Source: an uncultured archaeon
GTDB lineage: Archaea > Thermoproteota > EX4484-205 > JAAOZP01
DNA length: 64,000 nt
NCBI GenBank assembly: GCA_938045545.1
Contig: CALIBN010000002.1
Location: 32,001-96,000, forward strand
Direction: 5' to 3'
Both the position numbers and the translations under genes were made by a program. Below the pieces are notes generated by a model. It was not told the origin of the DNA. It searched no databases and was given only the letters and a program-made list of their open reading frames with translations. Of this stretch, positions 49,169-58,735 are shown one piece after another; position 1 is the stretch's first letter; each line of letters opens with the position of its first letter.

Positions 49169-50647
49169 CTAGCCAACCTCCTCCAAGCCCTTCCCAGGAA
49201 CCCATATAATCCTTTTTCCAAGAATACCTTTCCTCTCCCTATATTTGTATATCTCCCTAGCCATGTTGGCAAGCATCATCCTCCTTTCAAGAGATTTTTC
49301 CGAGCCTATGTCGCTCCTGTGGAAGAGGCCCCAGCCGTCCGCTAGCCTAGCTTTAGAAGTTAGCCTCTCAGCAATAAGGCTTGCTTCTGGAATCGTATCT
49401 GCAATTCCAAGGCATTCTATAAGCCTTGATCCACCGGTCTCTATAACACCGTCTTCTCTTAAATGGGCCGAAGCCCAGAAGACACCCTCTTCCTCGTCAA
49501 CCACAACAGGATGTTCCTTTGCTAAGTCTCTGCTCAAAGGATATCCTTCCGGAGAGACTGCTTTAACAACTGTTGCCCTCTCTTCGAATTCGACTTTAAT
49601 ACTGTTAAGTTTCTCGCTTATTATCGATTCGCATATTTCAACCAAGTCTGTCCTCAAAACTGCCAATACGTTAAGGGCTTCGGGATCGCCGAGCCTAGAG
49701 TACATTTCTATTATCGTAGGTCCCCATACGGATGTGAGCATCATTTGTCCGGCGACAACGCCATGGTATTTACGACCAGTTTCTTTCTGAATCGCTTCAA
49801 CCATCATCCTAACTATTTCAGTGGACTTCTCAATCTCCTCCTCTGTAAGTATTGCCCTATCATCGTCTACACCCCATTTAAGGTTCATACCGCAGGCTAT
49901 AGAACCCATTCCACCCGTCTCAGGGCCAAGGTCACCGTCAAAAGCGTGCTTGTTATCCTGGACCGCTGGCATTGGGACAACCGTCCTGCCGTCAGTAAAG
50001 CATTGTAGCGTATACTCTGGTCCCCAGACCCTCTCCTCTATGAGTATTTTAAAATCCATATCTTCATAGCCCTTCATGTAATCCTTGTAGATTGATTCGA
50101 TATGCTGTTTTTTCACCTTCTTCTTATCATCTCTCAAATACACTTGGAAGTCCTCTATCACCTTAACACCCTTGCCACCAACCTGTCTCGCTGGCTTTAA
50201 CGCAACGCTCTCGGCGTATTCTTCAACATAGGGTACAGCCTCTTCAAATGTTCTAAACTTCTTGTACCAGAGCCTCCCTGGAATCATATACTTCCACTGC
50301 AGGTCTCTCATGCTCGCTTTAGACATCTCTATTTCAGCAACATCCTTATTGGCACCTATGCAGGGTATGTCTTCTTTCTCCAGCTCGTCTGGAATGCCTC
50401 GGAAATTAGGCTCTTCAGGCCCAACGAATACGAAGTCGACACCAGCCTTAAGAGCTGCTTGAAAAACCGTCTCAGGGTCATTCGGGTTACCAACATAGTA
50501 TTCACCGCCAGTTTCTTTAACAATCCTGTTTATACCTGGGTTTACAATTTCTGAAACGCAGAAAAGCCTAGGTTCATAACTACTCCTGTGGAAGGCTTTT
50601 GCTACGGCATGCTCTCTTCCACCACTACCAACCAGAAGTACTTTCAA
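49169..50647 (-). CDS. purD: Phosphoribosylamine-glycine ligase
   Basis: GSGGREHA, VGPE, GGKGV, QDNK...GPETGGMG, RLGDPE. Confidence 0.96.
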   Translation of the reverse strand: MKVLLVGSGGREHAVAKAFHRSSYEPRLFCVSEIVNPGINRIVKETGGEYYVGNPNDPETVFQAALKAGVDFVFVGPEEPNFRGIPDELEKEDIPCIGANKDVAEIEMSKASMRDLQWKYMIPGRLWYKKFRTFEEAVPYVEEYAESVALKPARQVGGKGVKVIEDFQVYLRDDKKKVKKQHIESIYKDYMKGYEDMDFKILIEERVWGPEYTLQCFTDGRTVVPMPAVQDNKHAFDGDLGPETGGMGSIACGMNLKWGVDDDRAILTEEEIEKSTEIVRMMVEAIQKETGRKYHGVVAGQMMLTSVWGPTIIEMYSRLGDPEALNVLAVLRTDLVEICESIISEKLNSIKVEFEERATVVKAVSPEGYPLSRDLAKEHPVVVDEEEGVFWASAHLREDGVIETGGSRLIECLGIADTIPEASLIAERLTSKARLADGWGLFHRSDIGSEKSLERRMMLANMAREIYKYRERKGILGKRIIWVPGKGLEEVG

Positions 50648-50650
50648 AGC

Positions 50651-51964
50651 CTACACCTCCGGGTAAACGCAGTTGAAACAGCCCAGACACAACTCTTCCT
50701 CCTTTAAACCTATTGCTTCTACAAGGCCGTTTAAGCTAAGATACTTGAACGAGTCTGCGCCAACAACCTCGGCTATCTTCTCCTCGGACAAGTGTCTCCC
50801 TATGAGCTCATCTTCAGGAGGAACTTCTACTCCGAAGGGGCAATGCGAAATTATGTGGGGGCTGCCTATCCTAACATGTATTTCCTTAGCTCCCTTCTCT
50901 TTCATTAGGTAAACGATGTTGGCAAGAGTGTTTCCCCTTACAACACTGTCGTCAATCAGTATAACTCTCTTACCCCTAACTGCATCGCTTATCACATTGA
51001 GCTTAAGCTGTACACCCTTAAGCCTCTCCAACTGGTCCGGCCTAAGCGCACTCCTAACCCTCCTACCGGTAAGCTCAAAACCCTTCTCTATAGGTATCCC
51101 CGTCTCATTAGAATAGGCCATTGCGAATGGTATGGCTGTTTCAGGCACGCCTATTACAACATCCGCGTCAACCCTGCTCTCTTCAGCAAGCTTCCTACCT
51201 ATGTTTCTCCTAACCCTGTAAATCGGTATATCGTTGACATAAGAGTCGGGCCTAGCGAGGTAAACGTATTCGAAGCTACAATATGCTCTCTTACAAGAAT
51301 TGCTGCTTTTAACCCATTTTGCTGAGAAAGATGTGAAAACCATCGCCCAGCCTGGCTCAACGTTTTCAGCAGGGCTTATCGGTACCCTCTCCCCAACAAC
51401 ATCCATGACGCATGTTTCAGACGCAACTATACCTCCTTCAAACCCGAATTTACCTAAGGTAAGAGGTTTAACGCCTAAGGAACCCCTGCCAGCGACCATT
51501 TCATTCCTATCGTTGACAGCAATGTAAGAAAAACCGCCTCTGCAATTATCGAAAAACTCTTTAACAATATCTATGTCACTTCCGCCTCTTGAGAATGTTT
51601 CAAACGCTTTTCTCAAGTTTTCCTCGTATCTAAGAGAAGCGTCCCAAGCGTAATTCTCGACAGCAGTTACCTTACCGTCTATTGCTACCGAAACCTTTTC
51701 GCTCAGTATGAAGGGCGGAATATCCTCTTTAAACTCTACAGGATAGGGAGAAACAGCCCCCAGACATATATGTCCTTCAGCGTCCACCTTGTTTAAAACA
51801 TCATCAACAAGCCCTTCTCCAGCGATTTTTCTCCTTTTTTTACCGAATAGTTCAAGCCCAACTGTCTCCTGCCCCCTATGTTGAAGGGCCATTAAGCCAT
51901 AGGCTCCAAAGCTTCCAGCATTCCACCTCTCGTCGAAAAGATATATTCCAAGTATTCCCGTCAT
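50651..51964 (-). CDS. purF: Amidophosphoribosyltransferase paralogue lacking the N-terminal catalytic Cys (PurF2)
   Basis: Starts MTGILG; LQHRGQE, CSFEYVYLARPDS, DDSVVRGNT, C-terminal CLGC. Confidence 0.88.
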   Translation of the reverse strand: MTGILGIYLFDERWNAGSFGAYGLMALQHRGQETVGLELFGKKRRKIAGEGLVDDVLNKVDAEGHICLGAVSPYPVEFKEDIPPFILSEKVSVAIDGKVTAVENYAWDASLRYEENLRKAFETFSRGGSDIDIVKEFFDNCRGGFSYIAVNDRNEMVAGRGSLGVKPLTLGKFGFEGGIVASETCVMDVVGERVPISPAENVEPGWAMVFTSFSAKWVKSSNSCKRAYCSFEYVYLARPDSYVNDIPIYRVRRNIGRKLAEESRVDADVVIGVPETAIPFAMAYSNETGIPIEKGFELTGRRVRSALRPDQLERLKGVQLKLNVISDAVRGKRVILIDDSVVRGNTLANIVYLMKEKGAKEIHVRIGSPHIISHCPFGVEVPPEDELIGRHLSEEKIAEVVGADSFKYLSLNGLVEAIGLKEEELCLGCFNCVYPEV

Positions 51965-53448
51965 GCTGAGCCCTCCCGTTTTGTGAGCTCAGCCCTCTCA
52001 TATATCCTCCTCGCATCCTTAACGTCTGCCGAAGCCTTGGCTGCGTCAGCCATCTTCTGAGCAAGCTCAGTCGGATACTCCCCTGTGACGCAGGCTAGGC
52101 AAAGCTCGTTGAACCTCATTCCTGTTGCCCTGACATAGTCTTCCAAAGGCTGGTAGAAAACCCCATCGGCGCCAACCTGTTTCGCAACACCCTCCTCGTC
52201 AAACCTGAAGCCGATAAGCTCTGTGAAAGTAGCCATGTCAACACCGTAGAAACACGGGTGCGTTATCCTCGGGAAAGTAATGAAGAGATAGATCTTTTCA
52301 GCACCAGCCCTCCTAAGCTTCCTGACCACGGTCCTAGTTGTGTCACCCCTGACAATACTGTCGTCAACAACAATAACCTTTTTGCCCTTAAGCCTCCCGT
52401 TCATAATGTTCACCTTCTTGTCGATGGTTGAAACCCTTTCACTGGGCTCAAGAATGAAAGCTCTCTGAGTAACATACCTGTGCCTCCTGAGTATCCTCTC
52501 CCATTTCAAGCCGGTCTCCTCATGCAGACCGTACGCAGCATCCTCAGCCGTCTCAGGCATTGAAAGAATCACATCAGACTTCTCAACGACATCCCTAAAC
52601 CTTCTCCCAAGGTTTCTGCCAAACTCCTCTCGCACGCTAAAAACATACTTCCCGTTAAGCATGGAATCCGGCCTAGCGAAGTAAGCGTATTCAAAAGCGC
52701 AGAAAGCAGCCCTATTCTTCTTCACAAGCATCTCCCTTTCCACACCATCCTTGCTAAATACAACAATCTCACCGGGCTTAACGTCACTCGTAAACCTCAG
52801 CCCGTTAATGTCCAGCCCTACAGTCTCAGAGGAGAAAGCATTAACACTGCCTTCCCCGCTAACCCCGATGCTGAGAGGCCTTATTCCCAACGGGTCCCTG
52901 AAGGCAAAAATCTCCCCGTTAGGCCTCAGGCCAATGACAGAAAAGGCTCCTTCAACATCACTCATGCAGCGCTCAACACCACTCGTCAAACCGCCCCCAA
53001 TACTCTCGACAAGATATTTGGCGAAAACCACTGCATCACAGCCTGCTTCAAACCCCCCTGAAGCGTTCAACCGACTCCTAAGCTCGTTAACGTTAACAAT
53101 GTTACCGTTGAAAGCGAAACCAAGCTTCTCACCAGCGTGGGAAGCTATAAGCGGCTGCGCATAATTCAGCCGAGACGGGGAACCCCTTTCCCCCGACGTG
53201 CCATATCTCACGTGAGCAATACCAGCAGAACCCTGGAGAAAGCCACGCCACCTAGCATACCTTTCGCCAAAAATCTGTGGAACAAGCCCAACGTTCACAT
53301 GGCGCCTGAAACCCTCCGCATACGTTAAAAAACCATAAGACTCATGCCCCCTATGGTTCTGCGCCACAAGCCCCCAGTACAAAAAGTCGAAAACACACCT
53401 GCCGTCTAAACACTTCGCCCCAAACACGCCGCAGCTCTCCGCAAGCAT
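51961..53448 (-). CDS. purF: Amidophosphoribosyltransferase (PurF1); start moved to ATG 53448
   Basis: MLAES-CGVFG (short propeptide plus Cys nucleophile), HVRYGT, CAFEYAYFARPDS, DDSIVRGDT, CLAC. Confidence 0.93.
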   Translation of the reverse strand: MLAESCGVFGAKCLDGRCVFDFLYWGLVAQNHRGHESYGFLTYAEGFRRHVNVGLVPQIFGERYARWRGFLQGSAGIAHVRYGTSGERGSPSRLNYAQPLIASHAGEKLGFAFNGNIVNVNELRSRLNASGGFEAGCDAVVFAKYLVESIGGGLTSGVERCMSDVEGAFSVIGLRPNGEIFAFRDPLGIRPLSIGVSGEGSVNAFSSETVGLDINGLRFTSDVKPGEIVVFSKDGVEREMLVKKNRAAFCAFEYAYFARPDSMLNGKYVFSVREEFGRNLGRRFRDVVEKSDVILSMPETAEDAAYGLHEETGLKWERILRRHRYVTQRAFILEPSERVSTIDKKVNIMNGRLKGKKVIVVDDSIVRGDTTRTVVRKLRRAGAEKIYLFITFPRITHPCFYGVDMATFTELIGFRFDEEGVAKQVGADGVFYQPLEDYVRATGMRFNELCLACVTGEYPTELAQKMADAAKASADVKDARRIYERAELTKREGSA

Positions 53449-53812
53449 TACGGCAAAAACCATTTCCAGAAGGTATTTAAAAATTATTAACACGAAGCCA
53501 GTAAAATTACACACGTTTATGTTAAAGGACTTCCGGAGGATTGCAAAAGGTTTGCAATACACTACCTCCTAGTTCTCTTGTGGCCAGTTTACTTTTTACT
53601 ACCCATAAAGCTTTTTGGGCGTTTAAACCATCAGTTACTGCCAGTAAGTGTGTTTTACAATCATCCATCCTGCTTAGCGCACCCTGACTCTATACTGATT
53701 TCGATAATCCAGCTCCTAGCATATGCATACTACAATTTTCTTCCGTTCAAAAAAACTTGGTATGCATCCGGTACAAGTCTCTTCTTCAGCACCCCTGCCT
53801 ACGTAGCGCACA

Positions 53813-54742
53813 CTAAGTTAGAACATCGTCAACGCTGAGCAAGCCTAGGTCGTCGATGCTAACTCCTTCAGCAAGAACCCTATATGCTCCCACGCATCTT
53901 TTAGCAACCTCCTTAACAACCGGTTTAGGCAGCTCCGGCGGCTCCCCCTCCCCAATGAAACCCATTCTCCTTAAGCATTCTCTGAGAAACTCTTTGTCTA
54001 GACAGCGCGACTCCTGTGGTTCTCCAACCCTGTAGTATTTGACTGGCCAGAGCCTAGCGGAGTCGTGCGTAGGCGGCTCGTCTATCTGAATCAACTCATC
54101 CCCGTGGAAGCCGAACTCTATTTTGAAGTCAGGTATTATTATCCCTGCTTTCCTGGCTTCAGCCTCGTAAAACCCGTAGAGCCTGAAAGCAGCTTCTTCA
54201 AGAGTGCGCCAAGTATCCGCGTCGATAAGCTTCATTTCCAGGGCTTCAGCCCTGGTGATCTCCCTGTCATGGCCTACTTCAGCCTTCGTAGTGGGTGTTA
54301 AAACTGGTTCCGGAAGCTCCTCAGCCATCCTCAGCCCCTCCGGGAACCTCAAACCGTACATCTCCCTCCTGCCCTCGCTGTAAGCCCTCCACAACGACCC
54401 ATAGAGGTATTTCCTGACGACCCATTCGATGTTGATACGCCTGGCCTTCTTTACCAATATGCTCCTCTCGTCCACAACGTCTATGAGGTGGTTCGGAAAG
54501 ACCTTCTTACTTTTCCTCATCCAGAAGACTGTCAGCCTCTGCAGGTACTCTCCCTTCCTAGGTATGGGCGTTGAAAGCACGACGTCGAACGCTGAAACCC
54601 TGTCGGTGTGGTAGATTAGGAGTTCCTCCCCAAGGTCATATATGTCCCTGACCTTCCCCCTCAACGGCCTCCCAATGCCGAGGTTTGAGTATTTGACGAC
54701 AAGGGTTTCCCCTCCAGTTAAAGGATCCTCAGCCAGCCCCAT
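53813..54742 (-). CDS. purC: SAICAR synthetase; start probably ATG 54742
   Basis: GKVRDIY, DRVSAFD, TPTTKA..GHD, DFKIEFG, DKEFLR. Confidence 0.95.
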   Translation of the reverse strand: MGLAEDPLTGGETLVVKYSNLGIGRPLRGKVRDIYDLGEELLIYHTDRVSAFDVVLSTPIPRKGEYLQRLTVFWMRKSKKVFPNHLIDVVDERSILVKKARRINIEWVVRKYLYGSLWRAYSEGRREMYGLRFPEGLRMAEELPEPVLTPTTKAEVGHDREITRAEALEMKLIDADTWRTLEEAAFRLYGFYEAEARKAGIIIPDFKIEFGFHGDELIQIDEPPTHDSARLWPVKYYRVGEPQESRCLDKEFLRECLRRMGFIGEGEPPELPKPVVKEVAKRCVGAYRVLAEGVSIDDLGLLSVDDVLT

Positions 54743-54835
54743 CAAAGCCTTTTTCCCATGGTTTTTTAAGTTTAAAAACCTTTCCAACCGTCTAGGGTTA
54801 AAGCTTATCTTTACCTTCCTTGCAGAAATATCCTT

Positions 54836-55186
54836 ATGGAGTACTCTGTTCCTCCACCCCCACCCGGTTAAATCTACCTTTCTACGACTCCCGAAATACC
54901 TGGGATGAGAATCGTGAAAAGCCTAGGAATAGTCTTTGGGCAAACAGTCAGGACGAGAGGTGCCCTTGGAAGATTCGTCGCCGGGATAGAGGCGCTGGTC
55001 GGGGGAAAGTCGGAAGCATATCTTTCCGAGATTGAGAAGGCGAGGAGCGAAGCTCTTGAGAACCTTACGAGGAAAGCAGCCTCGATCGGTGCAAATGGGG
55101 TTGTTGGCATAGATTTCGAAACATCTGAAATACTGGAGGGCTTCATAGTTATCACAGCCATAGGAACCGCTGTAAGAGTGGAGTAG
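54836..55186 (+). pseudogene. YbjQ/UPF0145 family protein with an in-frame TAA at codon 12 (93-aa restart ORF from 54905)
   Basis: ATG 54836 gives MEYSVPPPPPG*IYLSTTPEIPGMRIVKSLG...GANGVVGI...GTAV. Confidence 0.75.
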
Positions 55187-55224
55187 GAAAGATCTCCTCC
55201 CTGTGAACATGATGCTTTTTATTT

Positions 55225-55440
55225 TTGACACTCCGACGGCTAAAGCCGGTAGATTCCCGGTTTGGGGCTGTGTCAAAGCAGCCCCTGCCATAAAGCATAT
55301 GGCGAATGGCCAGCTTCATAATGTTCACAGCACCGTTGTAGTCTGCATTGTCGAATAGACTAAGAGGCTTCTCCAAAAACTCCTCGTTTCGCGCTTCTCC
55401 ACAGCTCCAGTAGAACTATCTAATACGCCGGTATATTAAA
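55225..55440 (-). mobile_element. Internally deleted IS200/IS605 (tnpB) relic with right end and omegaRNA region, copy B
   Basis: Minus strand encodes NADYNGAVNI (TnpB RuvC-III-type motif), then GAATCTACCGGCTTTAGCCGTCGGAGTGTCAA right-end hairpin; 5' segment homologous to copy A; 5' end approximate. Confidence 0.8.
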
Positions 55441-55567
55441 TTATTCCGATCTTACTCAGATTAACACAGACGTTCTCGGATGAATATGGGGAAAAGCGTT
55501 TTAACTGAAACGTCCTGAAGGACATGGGCTTTCTCGCCGAATATGGTAATTATTGATATTGAGACAG

Positions 55568-55581
55568 GAAACGATTAAATA
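55568..55581 (+). promoter_or_regulatory. BRE/TATA promoter of the Lrp/RAM pair
   Basis: GAAACGATTAAATA ending 22 nt upstream of ATG 55604. Confidence 0.55.
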
Positions 55582-55603
55582 CTTCCTTTAAGCATGCTTA
55601 ACC

Positions 55604-55837
55604 ATGGTTGTTAAAGCATACGTGTTCATAGTGACGAAGCCCGGAACATCCATAGATGTTTCCAATGAGATTAAGAAGATCAGGGGTGTTCATTCTGCTG
55701 ACCCTATCTACGGCAGGTTCGACGTGGTGGCTACGGTGGAAGCTGAGAGCCCAGAGGAATTAACCAGGCTGCTCTACGAGGTTATTGAAAAGATTCCGAA
55801 CATAGTTAGAACGGAAACCTCCATAGTTTTGCAGTGA
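55604..55837 (+). CDS. Stand-alone Lrp/AsnC ligand-binding (RAM) domain protein
   Basis: AYVFI...PG, YGRFDVV, RTETSIV; no HTH. Confidence 0.88.
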   Translation: MVVKAYVFIVTKPGTSIDVSNEIKKIRGVHSADPIYGRFDVVATVEAESPEELTRLLYEVIEKIPNIVRTETSIVLQ

Positions 55838-55843
55838 CTTGAA

Positions 55844-56077
55844 ATGATCAGGGCCTTTATCCTGGTTAGAACCAAGCCGGGTACTTCTGAAGAAGTTGTA
55901 AGAGCGAGAAGGATCAAGGGTGTTAAACTGGCTAATTCTGTCCTAGGAAGGTATGATGCAGTGTTGGTAATAGAATCTAAGAGCTTAGAGGAGCTCAGGA
56001 AAACCATCTACGAGGTTCTTGAGAAGCTTGAGCACGTGGAGCATACGGAGACCTTGATATCTTTCTCTCTAGATTAA
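55844..56077 (+). CDS. Stand-alone Lrp/AsnC ligand-binding (RAM) domain protein, paralogue
   Basis: AFILV...PG, LGRYDAV, HTETLI; no HTH. Confidence 0.88.
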   Translation: MIRAFILVRTKPGTSEEVVRARRIKGVKLANSVLGRYDAVLVIESKSLEELRKTIYEVLEKLEHVEHTETLISFSLD

Positions 56078-56150
56078 CCGAAAAGATAACCTGCACTCCT
56101 TCTTGCTCCTTTTTTCATTAAATCTGTTATTGATTATTTTAATTCAACGT

Positions 56151-57293
56151 TTAGACGCGGTATTCGAATTTACCATCTTTAGAAATGATGATTAGAGAGT
56201 TTCCTCCAGACGATTTTTCACACCTGCCGATTGTCTGGGCGCCGACATGAAACTTTTCAGATATATCTGCAACAGTATCTTCATACTTTTTCTCGACAAT
56301 TATCTCTAAACCTATTCCCATGTTGAAGCTGCGATACATGTTTCTCAAAGTCTCCCGGCTCTCAGCCTGAATCAGCCTAAATATTGGATCCGGTTCAGGA
56401 AGATTATCCTTCACATACCTTATGTTCCTCCCTATTTTCAAACACTTCGTTAACCCTCCGCCAGTATTATGGATCATTGCTTTAACCTTAACACTTTTCA
56501 TGACCTCGAGTATTATCGGCAGGTAGATCCTGGTCGGCGACAATAATGCTTCCCCAATACTCGTGTTAAGCTCGTCGACGAATGAATCTATTTTAAAGCG
56601 GCCGTAATATCCTTTGGCTTCTGAGCCTATCTCAGGATACTTATCCAAGTATTCTTTCGCTAACAGGCAGTGTCTCGCAAGAGTTATCCCGTTACACATA
56701 ATACCACTATTCTCCTTCTCTTCATATGTCGACCTCCCCCCGCTTCTCAACCCGATAATAACATCCCCGGGTGAAACGTTTCTGCCGGTTATCACTTTAG
56801 AGAGCTCGACTCTAGCCATTACTGTTCCTGAAACGTCGAACGTTCTAACAATGTCTGGCAGGTCAGCCGTCTCGCCGCCGCTGAAAAAAACCTCAACACC
56901 CTTCTCTCTGAGCATTGAAAAAACTCTGGAGAAACCTTTAGCCAAGCTTTTAAGGAGCTCCTGCTTAGGGACTTTAAAAGGGTTTACAGCAACATAGTCT
57001 GAGAAAGCCGCTGGAACCCCCCCTACGCATGCAGCATCGTCAACATTCATAGCGACAACGTCGTCAGCCAAGGTTTCAAACTTCTCCTCACCGGTCTCCT
57101 TATAGTAGACATAGGAGACTACCGGCTTGGTTCCGGCACCATCAGTGTGAAGAATGATCCCCCAACCAGGGTTTAAAGAATCCTTAACAACAGGGGAAAA
57201 GGCTTCAGGAAAAACGTCGTCAGTGATCCTTTTTAAAAACTCTACTCCCTTCTTGCTCACGTCTACACCGAGCTCCTCGTATCTGGAAGCCAT
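56151..57293 (-). CDS. purM: Phosphoribosylformylglycinamidine cyclo-ligase (AIR synthase)
   Basis: YEELGVD, HTDGAGTK, GGETADLP, HNTGGG, FNMGIG. Confidence 0.95.
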   Translation of the reverse strand: MASRYEELGVDVSKKGVEFLKRITDDVFPEAFSPVVKDSLNPGWGIILHTDGAGTKPVVSYVYYKETGEEKFETLADDVVAMNVDDAACVGGVPAAFSDYVAVNPFKVPKQELLKSLAKGFSRVFSMLREKGVEVFFSGGETADLPDIVRTFDVSGTVMARVELSKVITGRNVSPGDVIIGLRSGGRSTYEEKENSGIMCNGITLARHCLLAKEYLDKYPEIGSEAKGYYGRFKIDSFVDELNTSIGEALLSPTRIYLPIILEVMKSVKVKAMIHNTGGGLTKCLKIGRNIRYVKDNLPEPDPIFRLIQAESRETLRNMYRSFNMGIGLEIIVEKKYEDTVADISEKFHVGAQTIGRCEKSSGGNSLIIISKDGKFEYRV

Positions 57294-57385
57294 CCTGCAA
57301 ATATTCCAGCCTAGATTTCTTAAAGTTTTAAGCTCGCATCCAGAGTTGCACGTAAACCCCTATTGTCCTCTCCCGGCATCTCCAA

Positions 57386-57793
57386 TTGGCTAAGCATGTG
57401 CCGCATACTTTAGCACGCCAAGGAAAAAGCTTAAATATGTGGCGCGTAATCCTACGTTTAAGGGGGTATGTGAAGGCAGAGGGCATGATTAAGCAGGATG
57501 AAACTGTCACTCCAGCAGAGTCTGCGGGGGTTTACTATTCTCAGAGCATTGAGAAAGGTGAGGAAAAGCTATTGAGGCGTCTGGAGGCTGAGCTTGAAGA
57601 CGTTAGAAGAAAGAAGGAGCTCGCTATAGGTTATGATGCTTACGCCTTCTTCTGCATGAAGGAGAAGATGCTTGTGAAGGAGATGCTTAGACTCCGCATC
57701 CGGCGCGCGGTTAGAAAGCAGGCGCAAGCCAAACTCTTTGTGGAAGAAAAGAAGCATGAAAACAGAGAAACCCTTATTATGGCAAATACTTAA
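57386..57793 (+). CDS. Hypothetical basic helical protein; true start probably near 57469-57485
   Basis: ORF with coiled-coil character; TATA-like TTAAATA near 57431 suggests a later start. Confidence 0.45.
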   Translation: MAKHVPHTLARQGKSLNMWRVILRLRGYVKAEGMIKQDETVTPAESAGVYYSQSIEKGEEKLLRRLEAELEDVRRKKELAIGYDAYAFFCMKEKMLVKEMLRLRIRRAVRKQAQAKLFVEEKKHENRETLIMANT

Positions 57794-57876
57794 GGTAGCG
57801 TGCGTTACTCCTCAGCATCCCCTTATCCACATGTTAAGGCAGTTCAGCCAGTATAGACTCGGCTTTGCGGGTTAGG

Positions 57877-58611
57877 CTACTTTTTTATAAGGGCCTCCAT
57901 AAATCTGCAGGCTTCTTCATATGTCTGAGGAGTCCCGATGTCAAACCAGTATCCATGGAAAACATAGCCGTATACAGGCTCCTTCCTGCAAAGCCAAGAT
58001 ACGAAGTGACCTGGGCTATCCCTATGGCCACCCTCCTCAACATATCTCTTGATTTTTACGAGCGACTCCCATGGAAACATGTAGATAGCAGTAGCAATCA
58101 TGGTTGAAGCCGGGTTTACAGGCTTCTCCATGAAATCCACTATCCTATCGTCTTCAAGCTTTACGCAGGAATACATTTTAACAAGCTCAATATTGCCAAC
58201 ATCGTACAGTGCTACAACCGGTGCATTCTTACTACGGTAGAAGTCTAGGAACTTTGTTAAATCGAGCGAGAAAAGGTTGTCGCCCGCTATAACTAGGTAT
58301 TCATCCCGCTCAATACTGTCAACCAGCATCGCTAGCGATAGTATTGTCCCAGGCTTCTCCTCCTCCCGCGTACTTCCCTCAACCTGCAGCCTCGTGTTTA
58401 CATAGCTCCTGGATCCAAGCCATTCTCTGAAATCCTTTTCAAACTTCCTGTTTACTGTTATGATGACCTCGCTCGGGTTTAAGACACTTATTTTCTCCAT
58501 AGTGTAGTCTATTATTGGCCTGTCGCAAACCTTAACAAGCGGCTTCGCCATGTGTACTCCAAGGTGTTGAAGACGCTTCGCAAAGCCTCCAGCAGGAACT
58601 ATTACTCTCAA
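57877..58611 (-). CDS. Sugar-phosphate nucleotidyltransferase family protein
   Basis: PAGGFAKRL, KPL, AGDNLF, EKP, WFDIGT. Confidence 0.9.
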   Translation of the reverse strand: MRVIVPAGGFAKRLQHLGVHMAKPLVKVCDRPIIDYTMEKISVLNPSEVIITVNRKFEKDFREWLGSRSYVNTRLQVEGSTREEEKPGTILSLAMLVDSIERDEYLVIAGDNLFSLDLTKFLDFYRSKNAPVVALYDVGNIELVKMYSCVKLEDDRIVDFMEKPVNPASTMIATAIYMFPWESLVKIKRYVEEGGHRDSPGHFVSWLCRKEPVYGYVFHGYWFDIGTPQTYEEACRFMEALIKK

Positions 58612-58735
58612 ACTCCTAAGCTTTACTGTTGAAGAGGTTGAAATAAACTTTCCCCCAGAATATTAACTTGAGAATGGTGAAAACATTTATATTTTAAGGG
58701 TCTTCACCTGTGAACATGGATGTGGAAAAGAAAGC

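Noticed and set aside
53449-53812. Extended purF N-terminus and small ORFs between purF and purC
   Set aside because: The extension runs through an AT-rich promoter-like region and lacks PurF similarity; the small ORFs have no motifs
55152-55376. 74-aa ORF as a functional mini-TnpB
   Set aside because: It contains only the last RuvC motif, lacks RuvC-I/II and the zinc finger, and reads through the element end; treated as a relic
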